Part shown: piece after piece, positions 32,666 through 40,835 of the stretch
Position numbering within the stretch: the first letter of the stretch is position 1
How the letters are laid out: every line of letters starts with the position of its first letter
IMG/VR virus record: IMGVR_UViG_3300048592_000656
Length of the DNA stretch: 46,127 nucleotides
DNA from: a virus
Strand: one strand, 5' to 3'
Notes under the pieces: generated by a model
What the model saw: the letters and a program-made list of their open reading frames with translations, nothing else
The model's database searches: none
Told to the model about the DNA's origin: nothing
Made by a program: the position numbers and the translations under genes

Positions 32666-33631
32666 CTACTGGATCGTGATCTCGACGCCCGGAGTGTCCC
32701 GGTCCGACGTGACCGCCTTGTCCCAGTTGGTTGCGGTCGCGATGGTCGCGTCGTTGGGATTGGCACCGCCGTTGGCGATGTCGTACTTCATCCCCTTGAC
32801 GCGGAGGCTCATCGCGAACTCTCCCTGCATGCGGATGACCAAGTTCTCCAGGCCGGTGATGACCTGGGAAACGATGGTCTGTTCCTCCGACTGGATGACG
32901 GCGACGGCGTTCGCGGTCAGACCGAGCCACTTGTAAGTGACCGGCGTTCCCGCGATGGGGCCGAGGTCCGACTGATCGGCGATCACGACGGGCTTGCCGA
33001 GGGTCGCAGTCACGCCACTGCGAATGGCGATGCCCGTGATCTCGAACAGCTTCTCCGTGATCGCGCTCTTGACCAGATCGAAGTAGGGCTTCGAGTGCGT
33101 GACCCAGCAGACGATGCGGTCTGCCTGATCACCGAACTTGGCCAGGCCGTCGACCAGGTCGGGGTGAGAGATGGTCGCATCGTCCGCATCCACCTTCATC
33201 GTCGACTGGATCGAGGCGATGACCGCCTTCATCGCCACCTTGAAGTATTCCTGCATGATCTGTTCGCCGGCCATCTGACCGATGACGAGGCTGAGCTCTT
33301 CCGAGCTCATGCCGATCTTGCGGAACGAGTCGAAGGTCTGAGCGACCGGGCCGATGCGCCGGTTCAGCTTGACCGCGATGATTTCGTCCTGGGTCATCGA
33401 AGCATCGGCCACCGCGGTGGTGACGGTGGGATCGCGCCGAGCGATGAGACCCGAGACCATCTCGAAGAAGGTCCGTCGCAGGTACTCACCCTTCATTGCG
33501 TCCGACAGGAGCACGATCGCGCCATTCGAAGCTTCGTTGAAGACTCGGACGTTGCGGTCGAGCGTCTCGGCCACGGCCGTATGGAAGATTTCGTCATAGA
33601 TGACGAAACCAGATTTGGTACCGATCGCCAT
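32666..33631 (-). CDS. Major capsid protein (321 aa)
   Basis: Position after the scaffold gene, size, strong codon regularity, and a capsid-like N-terminus MAIGTKSGFVIYDEIFHTAVAETLDRNVRVFNEASNGAIVL. Confidence 0.8.
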   Translation of the reverse strand: MAIGTKSGFVIYDEIFHTAVAETLDRNVRVFNEASNGAIVLLSDAMKGEYLRRTFFEMVSGLIARRDPTVTTAVADASMTQDEIIAVKLNRRIGPVAQTFDSFRKIGMSSEELSLVIGQMAGEQIMQEYFKVAMKAVIASIQSTMKVDADDATISHPDLVDGLAKFGDQADRIVCWVTHSKPYFDLVKSAITEKLFEITGIAIRSGVTATLGKPVVIADQSDLGPIAGTPVTYKWLGLTANAVAVIQSEEQTIVSQVITGLENLVIRMQGEFAMSLRVKGMKYDIANGGANPNDATIATATNWDKAVTSDRDTPGVEITIQ

Positions 33632-33656
33632 TAGGCGTTCTCCGTGTCCCTACCAG

Positions 33657-34430
33657 CTACTGGGCCGGTGCGGGCGGTAGGCTCATGAGCTTGTCTTGGC
33701 CGTTTTCCTTGATCCAGACGGCCTTCTCGTGAGCGTTGGTGAAATCTGCTCGATGCTTCGGCTGACGCTTGCCACCGGCCGGCTGCCGATTCTGGTCGTT
33801 GTTGGAAGCCCCGCTTCCACTCCCCCCGGAACCCTCGAAGGCCTCCGGGTAGAGGTTGACGTAGTCACCGACGAGATCCTTCAGGGTCTTGTCCGCCACG
33901 GCATACCCGCCCTGGAGAACCTCGACCACGAAGTCGTCGCCTTCCTCACGAACCCGAGTGTTGGACTTGGCCTGCGTGAGGATCAGCGGAAGCATGTTCT
34001 TCTTGACGCCAGCATCGACCAGCGCAGAAGTCAGCTCGCTGTCCACAAGCAAGGCCTCGACCTTGCTCTGGAGCTTCTTGGATCGGTTGGTGATCTTTTC
34101 CGTTTCGGTCTTGTGAAGCTCGTCCCGCTCCTTGAGAGCAGCTTCGACCAGCTTGGTCGCGTCATCGGGGACCTTCGCCTTCAGCTTCGAGTTGAGCTGA
34201 AGAATGTCGGCCTCGAGGTTCGTGACACGTTCCGTTGCCGTCCGACGCTCGTCACGGGCACGACCGAGGGAAGACTTCAGGCCCCTGACGTCTTCCAGGG
34301 ACCAGCCTTCTTGAGGTACGACGTCGAGAACGAGGATGTCGAGATCGAGATCCTCACGCTTCTTGTAGAAGGGTCGAAGACTCTCTTCGACGTCTTCCGG
34401 CTTGCTGATGAAAGGCTTCAGAGGCGCCAC
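33657..34430 (-). CDS. Scaffolding protein (257 aa)
   Basis: Between the portal and capsid genes. Charged coiled-coil centre (ERVTNLEADILQLNSKLKAK...) and a Gly/Ser-rich tail. Confidence 0.65.
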   Translation of the reverse strand: MAPLKPFISKPEDVEESLRPFYKKREDLDLDILVLDVVPQEGWSLEDVRGLKSSLGRARDERRTATERVTNLEADILQLNSKLKAKVPDDATKLVEAALKERDELHKTETEKITNRSKKLQSKVEALLVDSELTSALVDAGVKKNMLPLILTQAKSNTRVREEGDDFVVEVLQGGYAVADKTLKDLVGDYVNLYPEAFEGSGGSGSGASNNDQNRQPAGGKRQPKHRADFTNAHEKAVWIKENGQDKLMSLPPAPAQ

Positions 34431-34433
34431 CTC

Positions 34434-36038
34434 TTACTCCTCCTTGCTTCCGGTTTCACCGGGAGCCTTTTGTTGCTTGGTCTTTTGTAGCTCTTGCTGT
34501 TGTTTGAGCTTTTCCTCGGCTTCTTTCTTGACCGCCACCAACTCGATCGCGGCATCGAACGAGGGAGCCAGGACCCCTCGGCGAACCAATTCCTTCCAGT
34601 AGGTCTCCTTGCTCAGAAGACCAGATTCAACGGCTCCTCGTAGCTCGCTGATTTCGATTCCGTCGAAGGCTACGAACTCGTCGTAGATTTCCACGAGACA
34701 GCCTTCGGACATCCCCATGTAGTCCGAACCGTCGTCGAAGCAGGCCTCGATGAATCGCTCGAGGTCACGAACCATGGCTTTCAGGTCACTGGTCGTTTCT
34801 GCCGACTTGATACCTGCTTCGGTCGCTGTCGCGGGGGTCGGGCTGGGGCGCTCGATGATGGGTCGCATCCCCAGTACGACGATCTGCTCGAGAATATCTC
34901 GAAGGTCTTGTCGACCCGCTCCGATTGCTGCTCCACTGTGCTCGACGATCTGAAGCTTGGCTTCGGGGTCTCGAGCGGTCAGCATCACATTCGGACTGAC
35001 CTTGATTCGCTCGCCGTTGTCGTCTTTGAAGTCCTCGTCACTGATGCCCGAACCAAACCAGATCGGTACTCGGGCAATGTGAAGAATGTGACGCTGGTCA
35101 CTGCTGGATTGCCAGTGCTCCAGATTCTTCCACGCGAGGTCTTCGAGAAGAGGCCGACCCATCATGAACCCGATCTTTCGGGTGTAGTAGGTCCGAAGCG
35201 GGATTCGATTGACCGATACTTCCCCTTGATCGATCACTGACCACTTCGAGGTGTCGGGGTTCTTCTCCCACAGTTCCCATGTGGTGCGGCCCTCGAACAC
35301 GCGGAGTCGCCCATTTCGACGACGTGCGCGGCGTGTGCCCGCAAGCTCGCGATTGAAGACTCTGATCCTCTCGTATTCCCGTTCTCCGAACTTGCCGTAT
35401 TGCTTTGTGACAGTTTCCTTGATGCGAAGATGGGTGAGGACTTCTTCACCTCGAAATCGCTGGGAGCGCCAGAAGATGATGTTTTCGGGGGGAACGTGTA
35501 CGAAGTAGGGTCGGATATTCAGAGCGCGTTCATCTGCGAGACTGAGCCCAGGGTCTACTGCGGGCATGTCGACCAGGACGTGAGTAACGCCACGGTCGAT
35601 CGCCATCTCGAGCACGCGCTTCGAGAAGGTCGTGATGTGGGTGCCCTCGAGGTCTACGTCATTCTGCCACTCTTTGATCTCGTTCGGGCCTTCTTTGACC
35701 ACAACGTCCCGCTCGAAGGGACGGGAAGCAATGTGGTGAACCGTGTCACCGTATGCTCCGAAGAGAATCGTTCTTTCGAGACGATTGTTGTAGGCTTCCT
35801 CCGATTCACCTTCTTCCTGAGGCAGGTACTTGGTCCGTGCGGCCCTCATCCCGATGGTACCCTCACCCAGGGTCATCGGCAGATGCCACCGTTCCATCAT
35901 CGCGTCGTAGGCGAGTGACTCCCGTGCCACGTCCTCGTTGTTCGGGCCACCGCTACTTGACACCGTGGTCCGATCGAAGCTGATCTTGACCTTGGCGATG
36001 TCTGTCGCGAAGGGTCCGATGTCAGACGGAATGGGCAT
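34434..36038 (-). CDS. Portal protein (534 aa)
   Basis: Size and position immediately after terL (1-nt overlap). Acidic/basic C-terminal tail. Confidence 0.75.
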   Translation of the reverse strand: MPIPSDIGPFATDIAKVKISFDRTTVSSSGGPNNEDVARESLAYDAMMERWHLPMTLGEGTIGMRAARTKYLPQEEGESEEAYNNRLERTILFGAYGDTVHHIASRPFERDVVVKEGPNEIKEWQNDVDLEGTHITTFSKRVLEMAIDRGVTHVLVDMPAVDPGLSLADERALNIRPYFVHVPPENIIFWRSQRFRGEEVLTHLRIKETVTKQYGKFGEREYERIRVFNRELAGTRRARRRNGRLRVFEGRTTWELWEKNPDTSKWSVIDQGEVSVNRIPLRTYYTRKIGFMMGRPLLEDLAWKNLEHWQSSSDQRHILHIARVPIWFGSGISDEDFKDDNGERIKVSPNVMLTARDPEAKLQIVEHSGAAIGAGRQDLRDILEQIVVLGMRPIIERPSPTPATATEAGIKSAETTSDLKAMVRDLERFIEACFDDGSDYMGMSEGCLVEIYDEFVAFDGIEISELRGAVESGLLSKETYWKELVRRGVLAPSFDAAIELVAVKKEAEEKLKQQQELQKTKQQKAPGETGSKEE

Positions 36039-37441
36039 TAGAACCTCACCTCACCACCTGCAACTGCCTTCCTCGCCGGAGCGATGGCAATTGCTGCGGC
36101 ATCAGCCCGATCAGGGCTGGGAAGTTGCCTACGCTTCATCTCTTCTTTGCGTTCGATCACGATGCGGTTTCGAGCATCGTACTTGTACCTGATCTTTGAG
36201 AGTTGCGCGGCCAACTCTTCATCATGGACGTCGATGTCGATCTTGTTGTCCTCGAACTTCTTCCTGAGAGCCCAGAAGATTTCAGCCCTTCTGTTGATGA
36301 AGAGATCCTTGTCATCCGGAGACTCAGCGAAGTTCACAGGCTTGATGATCCGACGCCCGTGCTTTGCTTTCAGCATGTCGACCACGCCAGCGCCAACACC
36401 GACTTCGTCGATCTTGACCTGTGCGGGCTCGTGCTGACCGATCAGCTTCGTGATTTTTTCACAGACCTGAACTGTGTCGAGGCCCTGGCCCGTACCTACG
36501 AGCCTTAGATGGTCGCCACGTCGGAGATAGATGACGGTTTCCGCGTCGCCATACCTCGCGACGTCCACGCCGAACTCTTTGACCCCAGAGGCTTCGATTG
36601 ATCTGGCCTGAGCCCTTTCGATCCAAGAAAGAGGAACGAGAGCATCACTCGCGCCAGGCGGGAATTCGCCCATGACACGAGCATACCAGAAAGCGGAGTC
36701 TTCACCCCACTTCTTTCGCTTCTCTTCCACCCACTCGGGAGTTACCAAGCCATCGACGAAACCCTCCGGGTCCTCGTCTGTGGCAAACTCCTTTGTGAAG
36801 TTCGGCGTGTCGAAGGCCGAGATCTTCATCTTGAACGCCGGAGACCGATTACCGAACTCCGTGTTGAAAGGCGTATCCGGATCAGTCGGATTGCCGATGC
36901 CCAGGAGGATTGCGTGTCGTCCAGTCAGTACACCTTCGCAGGCTTCCCAGATCTTCGGGTCAATGCCACAGGCCTCGTCAAACACAACTAACATGTGCTT
37001 GGCGTGGTGCCCCTGGAATGCATCGGGATCCTCGGTAGAGAATCCCATTGCAAACCAGCCCGTGTCTACCTTCAACTGAGTGGTATACATCTTGCCACCC
37101 AGCGGAATCCTCGAGTTCTCGTAGAGCTTCTTAACCTCTTGCCACAAGATCTTCTCAACCTGGCGGAAAGTAGGCGCGGTTGTCAAGACCCTTGACTCAT
37201 AGAAGCAGAACGCGAACCAGAGAACCGCTACTGCAGCAAGAAAAGTCTTACCAGCTCCGTGGCAAGACCTGATCATTACCCGACGATTCTTGCAGAGTGC
37301 GCGGAGGGCTATCCGCTGTTTCTTCCAAAGTCGGACGCCCAAAATGTGATTGGCGAAGAAGACGGGATCTGCTTGGCATCTCTCGAAGATCGACCTGACC
37401 TCGAGATTAGAGAGCCGGTAACCACCGGGCGCGTAGGACAC
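36038..37441 (-). CDS. terL: Terminase large subunit
   Basis: Walker A-like IRSCHGAGKTFLAAV, Walker B LVVFDEACGI, and a C-terminal nuclease region with conserved acidic residues (FGVDVARYGDAE, IDEVGVGAGV). Confidence 0.9.
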   Translation of the reverse strand: MSYAPGGYRLSNLEVRSIFERCQADPVFFANHILGVRLWKKQRIALRALCKNRRVMIRSCHGAGKTFLAAVAVLWFAFCFYESRVLTTAPTFRQVEKILWQEVKKLYENSRIPLGGKMYTTQLKVDTGWFAMGFSTEDPDAFQGHHAKHMLVVFDEACGIDPKIWEACEGVLTGRHAILLGIGNPTDPDTPFNTEFGNRSPAFKMKISAFDTPNFTKEFATDEDPEGFVDGLVTPEWVEEKRKKWGEDSAFWYARVMGEFPPGASDALVPLSWIERAQARSIEASGVKEFGVDVARYGDAETVIYLRRGDHLRLVGTGQGLDTVQVCEKITKLIGQHEPAQVKIDEVGVGAGVVDMLKAKHGRRIIKPVNFAESPDDKDLFINRRAEIFWALRKKFEDNKIDIDVHDEELAAQLSKIRYKYDARNRIVIERKEEMKRRQLPSPDRADAAAIAIAPARKAVAGGEVRF

Positions 37442-37454
37442 CGTCCTACTCCTT

Positions 37455-37643
37455 CTACTTGTTGAGCATCTTCTCCAGCTTCGACCCGATGCCGAAGATC
37501 GCGAGGAAGAAGCCGAAACCTTCGGCCACGCTGGTCACGGCGCCGTTCGTACCCGGCGGAACGACGCCCGTCGTCTCCGCGTGGTTGAGGGCCGAAGTGA
37601 TTCCGATCAGGATTGCACCGATGAGAGTCTTCTTTCCGTCCAT
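37455..37643 (-). CDS. Small two-TM membrane protein (62 aa) between terS and terL
   Basis: TLIGAILIGITSAL and GFGFFLAIFGIG hydrophobic segments. Confidence 0.5.
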   Translation of the reverse strand: MDGKKTLIGAILIGITSALNHAETTGVVPPGTNGAVTSVAEGFGFFLAIFGIGSKLEKMLNK

Positions 37644-37661
37644 CTCGTTCTCCTTGTTGAG

Positions 37662-37901
37662 CTACTGTGCCGGAGTGGTCTGCTCGACCACGTCTTCCAC
37701 AGTGACTTCCGTGGGGATCTCGGTGAAGGACATCTCGTACATCCCTCCCTCGCGGATCCCTTCGCAGACGTCGGTCTTCACGAGGACTTCGTAGACCCCG
37801 TGGACGTTGCCGTCATTGATCTTCGTGCTTGTGCCGAAGATCAGGCGATGAAGGCCATTGCCCATGTCGTTCTTGTGGTTGCAGCGAGCCTTGATCTTCA
37901 A
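37662..37901 (-). CDS. Hypothetical protein (79 aa)
   Basis: ORF track. 4-nt overlap with terS. No motif. Confidence 0.45.
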   Translation of the reverse strand: MKIKARCNHKNDMGNGLHRLIFGTSTKINDGNVHGVYEVLVKTDVCEGIREGGMYEMSFTEIPTEVTVEDVVEQTTPAQ

Positions 37902-38458
37902 TGGATCTTCTCCTTGTCGTCCTCGGTTGCGAAGCTGGCCGCGACCGCTTCGGGCGAGAAGTCACTCTCCTCGTCCTCCTCCAGAAGGGCCTCTTCGATG
38001 GGCATCGCAGCCTTCTTCGCCAACTGAGCGAAGGTCACCGCGATGGGATCGCCATCTCGTCCGAAGACCTCGAGCTTGCGGCTGTACTTCGGATGATGGG
38101 CTTCCAGCATCCTGATGGCCAGGATGTCGGAGAACTTCTTCGTCGTTCCGACCTTCCGTCCCATCTGGAAGACGGGCTCGTCCACGCCATCGAAGGCGCG
38201 GCGGGCGGCCTTGGCTTCCCAGGCTCCAACCGAGACCTGAAGAGCGTGATCCCACGCTGCGGACAGGCGGGGATGCTTGTTCTTGAGACGGTAGAGAACG
38301 CGGTCGGACTTGAAGCCTGCCTTCGCTGCGGCTCGATTCACGTTCGGGACTTCGCGGAGCTCCTGGAGGAACTTCTCGATCATCCGCGGTGTCACTCGGG
38401 GCGGAAGAGCCATGCTCTTCTTCTTCCCTTCCGCGATTGTGTTCCTCGCTCGTGCCAT
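37898..38458 (-). CDS. terS: Terminase small subunit candidate
   Basis: Basic N-terminus with an HTH-like VNRAAAKAGFKSDRVLYRLKNKHP. 186 aa with an acidic C-terminus. Lies upstream of terL. Confidence 0.6.
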   Translation of the reverse strand: MARARNTIAEGKKKSMALPPRVTPRMIEKFLQELREVPNVNRAAAKAGFKSDRVLYRLKNKHPRLSAAWDHALQVSVGAWEAKAARRAFDGVDEPVFQMGRKVGTTKKFSDILAIRMLEAHHPKYSRKLEVFGRDGDPIAVTFAQLAKKAAMPIEEALLEEDEESDFSPEAVAASFATEDDKEKIH

Positions 38459-38460
38459 GG

Positions 38461-38835
38461 TTAAAGATCCTCCACGTGGGTCTTGATGTTGTTGCGTCCG
38501 CGCTTGACGAGTATGCTAGTCATCTTCCTCCCTACGGGGAGGTGAGTAGCGCGGAGGACCGATGTCAACTTGCGGATTGACCAGCGATGTTCGTGCCACA
38601 GGACGAATGCCATGAAAGCAATCGGGTCCTCGGCTCTTGCCCTCATCAGCCTGACTGCGAGGGTCGACAGGTCAAGAAGATCGTTTGACTCGGAGTTCTT
38701 CTTTGAGACTTGAACAGCGCCCTTGGGAATTGCACCGCGTGCAGGGTCATACTCCTGAAGCATGTTGACCGATCGGGCTCCCTCGAGCCGCTCGCGGAGT
38801 GTGCGGTACAGGTCAATCGCGTCTCCGGCCTCCAC
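38461..38835 (-). CDS. Hypothetical protein, first gene of the late operon (124 aa, GTG start)
   Basis: ORF track. GGGGATAGGA SD. Possible C-terminal HTH (WSIRKLTSVLRATHLPVGRKMTSILVKRG). Confidence 0.5.
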   Translation of the reverse strand: MEAGDAIDLYRTLRERLEGARSVNMLQEYDPARGAIPKGAVQVSKKNSESNDLLDLSTLAVRLMRARAEDPIAFMAFVLWHEHRWSIRKLTSVLRATHLPVGRKMTSILVKRGRNNIKTHVEDL

Positions 38836-38878
38836 GTGATCCTATCCCCTAGTGGCTGCAAGTCGTGCGATGGATTGG

Positions 38879-38884
38879 ATTATA
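38879..38884 (-). promoter_or_regulatory. Candidate late-operon -10 box (minus strand ATCAGGTATAAT)
   Basis: The minus strand reads ccgatCAGGTATAATcc, 43 nt upstream of GTG 38835. It is related to the GAGATATAAT boxes on the + strand. Confidence 0.35.
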
Positions 38885-39191
38885 CCTGATCGGCACTCGG
38901 CCTGTAAAGGTTGCCCTCGCATCGCTGGCAAGTTAGTCGCAATTCGAGCGCCTAGGAGTTGAGCCCCTGACTGAGTTTCAATTTCTCCCGGTTCTGGCAC
39001 CGGCGTTTCAAAGCCCCAGTTAGACTGGTTGTCTCCGGAAGAGACGGTCTTGTTTGACGTTTGTTGGGCGGGACAGGGCCGCGTTTCGCGCGCGTCGATT
39101 TCGGGGGGTGCGTCGCGACGCGCACACAAACGAAACGCGCGCCGAGTGTCGCCACCCGACGCGCGCTCGTTTGCGCTAGTGCGCTTGCGCG

Positions 39192-39599
39192 CTAGTCGCT
39201 CGCGCGCTCGACGTTCGCCTTGCGCGGCGCAGCGATCGCGAACACGCGAACGCGGCGCGCGTCGTCGCGAACGACGACGCTCGCATCGACGACATGATGT
39301 CGGCGCAGTCGTCGCAGTACTTGGCGCACTTCGCGATACGTCGCGACATCGGCGCATCGCGTCGCGATCGCGCGCGTCGTCGCGACGTCGCCGCGACGCG
39401 CGAGCGCGCGAATCGCATCGACGACGCGCGTTTCGGCGCTCGCTGCGACGAAGCGCTCGTCGGTGTACACCTTCGTGCGCTTCGTGCGCTTCGTGCGCTT
39501 CGTCGTTGCGTCGTCGGCGATGATGGCGTCGTTCGCCGCGTTCGCTTCGTCGTTGTTCATCGTAATCATACTATTTACTCGTTTCGTCGTTTCGTTCAT
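39192..39599 (-). CDS. Winged-helix DNA-binding protein encoded in a CpG-rich island, paralogue of 43539..43928 (start uncertain: 39599, 39569 or 39560)
   Basis: Best reading frame of several open frames. ...(TKR)x3...AIRALARRGDVATTRAIATRCADVATYREVRQVLRRLRRHHVV...RRVRVFAI aligns with QVRQALRRLRRRQRI...QTRVYFL of the + strand gene. No SD before any candidate start. Confidence 0.45.
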   Translation of the reverse strand: MNETTKRVNSMITMNNDEANAANDAIIADDATTKRTKRTKRTKVYTDERFVAASAETRVVDAIRALARRGDVATTRAIATRCADVATYREVRQVLRRLRRHHVVDASVVVRDDARRVRVFAIAAPRKANVERASD

Positions 39600-39867
39600 C
39601 GCGTTAGTGCGATCGAACGAGTGCAGTATCGAACGCGCGCGAACGAAACGCAAGCGCATAACGCGCGAATTGTTTTATACTCGCGCGTTTTATAAATTCC
39701 AACGTCGCGAACGCGCGAACCGCAATCCATCGTCGTCCGTTCATTTCACGTCCGCTCACGTCATCTCACGTCATCTCATCTCACCTCATCCGCGCGCGCT
39801 CGAAACCTGACCTGACCGGACTAGATCGGGCGCTGGGGCCTGACTTGACCAGACCTCGAGTGAGGTG

Positions 39868-40034
39868 GTTCTCAGGCATGAGTCAGGCGCTCCATCGCGA
39901 TCATGCGAGCCCGTTCTCGGTCTCTCTAGATCTGGAGAGATAAAGTTCTCAGGCGTGGGATGGTTCTCAGTAGCAGGTTCTCGGCGTGGTTCTCAGGCGT
40001 GGTATAGTTCTCAGGCCTGCCAGGCTTTGAGAAC
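39868..40034 (+). repeat. Iteron cluster 1: seven direct GTTCTC(A/G)G copies plus one inverted copy
   Basis: GTTCTC starts at 39868, 39913, 39945, 39963, 39977, 39989 and 40007 (extended consensus GGTTCTCAGGCGTGG). Inverted GAGAAC at 40029-40034. ORF-free. Confidence 0.85.
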
Positions 40035-40045
40035 ATGAACCTGGC

Positions 40046-40064
40046 GGCCTGACTAGACCTGAAG
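40046..40064 (+). repeat. 19-bp direct repeat GGCCTGACTAGACCTGAAG, copy 1
   Basis: Identical to 40170-40188. The pair brackets the 17-bp tandem array. Confidence 0.9.
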
Positions 40065-40078
40065 TAAAGACCGTACCT

Positions 40079-40143
40079 GAAAGTAGCCCGAACTAGAAAG
40101 TAGCCCGAACTTGAAAGTAGCCCGAACTTGAAAGTAGCCCGAG
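40079..40143 (+). repeat. Tandem repeat, 17 bp x ~4 (GAAAGTAGCCCGAACTT)
   Basis: Units at 40079-40095, 40096-40112 and 40113-40129, plus a partial unit at 40130-40143. Copies 2 and 3 are identical and copy 1 differs at its last base. Confidence 0.95.
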
Positions 40144-40169
40144 GCTGAGGTATCAAGCCTAGGTACCGT

Positions 40170-40188
40170 GGCCTGACTAGACCTGAAG
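40170..40188 (+). repeat. 19-bp direct repeat GGCCTGACTAGACCTGAAG, copy 2
   Basis: Identical to 40046-40064. Confidence 0.9.
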
Positions 40189-40204
40189 AGAAGAACGAAT
40201 CGAC

Positions 40205-40240
40205 AATCAATCCCCCGCGTGGATCGCGGGGAGATTGATT
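40205..40240 (-). terminator. Hairpin terminator candidate after the 40240..40629 gene
   Basis: aatcaatcccccgcg / tggat / cgcggggagattgatt: a ~15-bp stem with one bulge that abuts the stop codon. On the minus strand it is followed by the moderately U-rich gtcgattcgttcttctcttc. Confidence 0.5.
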
Positions 40241-40629
40241 TACGGCGCCGGAATGATGCGTTCGGCCGGAACCCCGAAGTCGTTGATCAGTTCCTGAGTG
40301 GATTCGTCGTCGTCGGAGATGATGAGGGCATCAGAGTAGTTGATGACGTAGGAGGTCAGTTTCTTGACGAGATCGAAATCGATTATCTCCTGAGCCTGAG
40401 ATATTTCGTATTCGTGGATGAATACGCCAGATTCCCCCCGGAAGACGGATCTCCAGATCGCGTAGAGGAAGTCCTGACAGTTGGGATAATAGTCGAACCA
40501 GGTGTCGTCGCCTGATACGTCGACGGATCCGGATTGTCTCTGAGCGTCTTGATACGTCTTGACGATTTCGTTCGAGAGGGCCTGATTCTCCTCGGATGAA
40601 GTGAAATCGAATCGTTCGTGATCGAGCAT
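40240..40629 (-). CDS. Acidic hypothetical protein (129 aa)
   Basis: ATG 40629 with an AGGAGA SD; the track ORF extends to 40713. MLDHERFDFTSSEENQ...DDDESTQELINDFG. Asp/Glu-rich, no motif. Confidence 0.6.
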   Translation of the reverse strand: MLDHERFDFTSSEENQALSNEIVKTYQDAQRQSGSVDVSGDDTWFDYYPNCQDFLYAIWRSVFRGESGVFIHEYEISQAQEIIDFDLVKKLTSYVINYSDALIISDDDESTQELINDFGVPAERIIPAP

Positions 40630-40677
40630 GATATGTCTCCTGATTTCGTTTTCGTCGCGTTCGTCGCGACGACGATA

Positions 40678-40690
40678 ACGATATCTCAAG
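40678..40690 (-). promoter_or_regulatory. Promoter-like motif CTTGAGATATCGT (minus strand)
   Basis: 49 nt upstream of ATG 40629, followed by the CG-rich leader tatcgtcgtcgcgacgaacgcgacg. Same class as 41432-41444 and 41934-41946. Confidence 0.5.
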
Positions 40691-40753
40691 TGGAAACGCC
40701 TGTCGAATTCCACCTGCCCGGGCCTGAACCATCATGCCTGCCCAGTACCGAGG

Positions 40754-40835
40754 CCTGATACCTACTGGACTCTAAGGCCTGATACCTACTGGACTCTAAG
40801 GTGATACCAAACCTGATACCTACTGGACTCTAAGG
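40754..40835 (+). repeat. 24-bp repeat CCTGATACCTACTGGACTCTAAGG x3
   Basis: Identical copies at 40754-40777, 40778-40801 and 40812-40835. A 10-nt spacer tgataccaaa separates copies 2 and 3, and a partial 4th copy (cctgat) starts at 40836. Confidence 0.95.

Noticed and set aside
32406-32936. ORFs 32406..32930 - (174 aa) and 32595..32936 +, spanning the adaptor/capsid gene junction.
   Set aside because: They overlap two well-supported genes out of frame, and their products are Arg/Gly/His-rich with no start context.
38842-39810. Multiple long overlapping ORFs on both strands in the CpG island (38842..39357 -, 39029..39523 +, 39176..39418 -, 39294..39695 +, 39463..39810 +).
   Set aside because: Their products are Arg/Ala/Ser low-complexity strings. 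The frames stay open only because the CG-rich sequence lacks stop codons. Only the minus frame ending at 39192 gives a protein with a recognisable winged-helix-like block and a paralogue elsewhere.
40079-40835. Possibility that the 17-bp and 24-bp repeat arrays are a CRISPR or mini-CRISPR array.
   Set aside because: The repeats are directly abutting or separated by only 10 nt. There are no unique spacers of 25-40 nt, the units are too short, and there are no cas genes. The Cas4-like nuclease elsewhere is a common phage recombination exonuclease.
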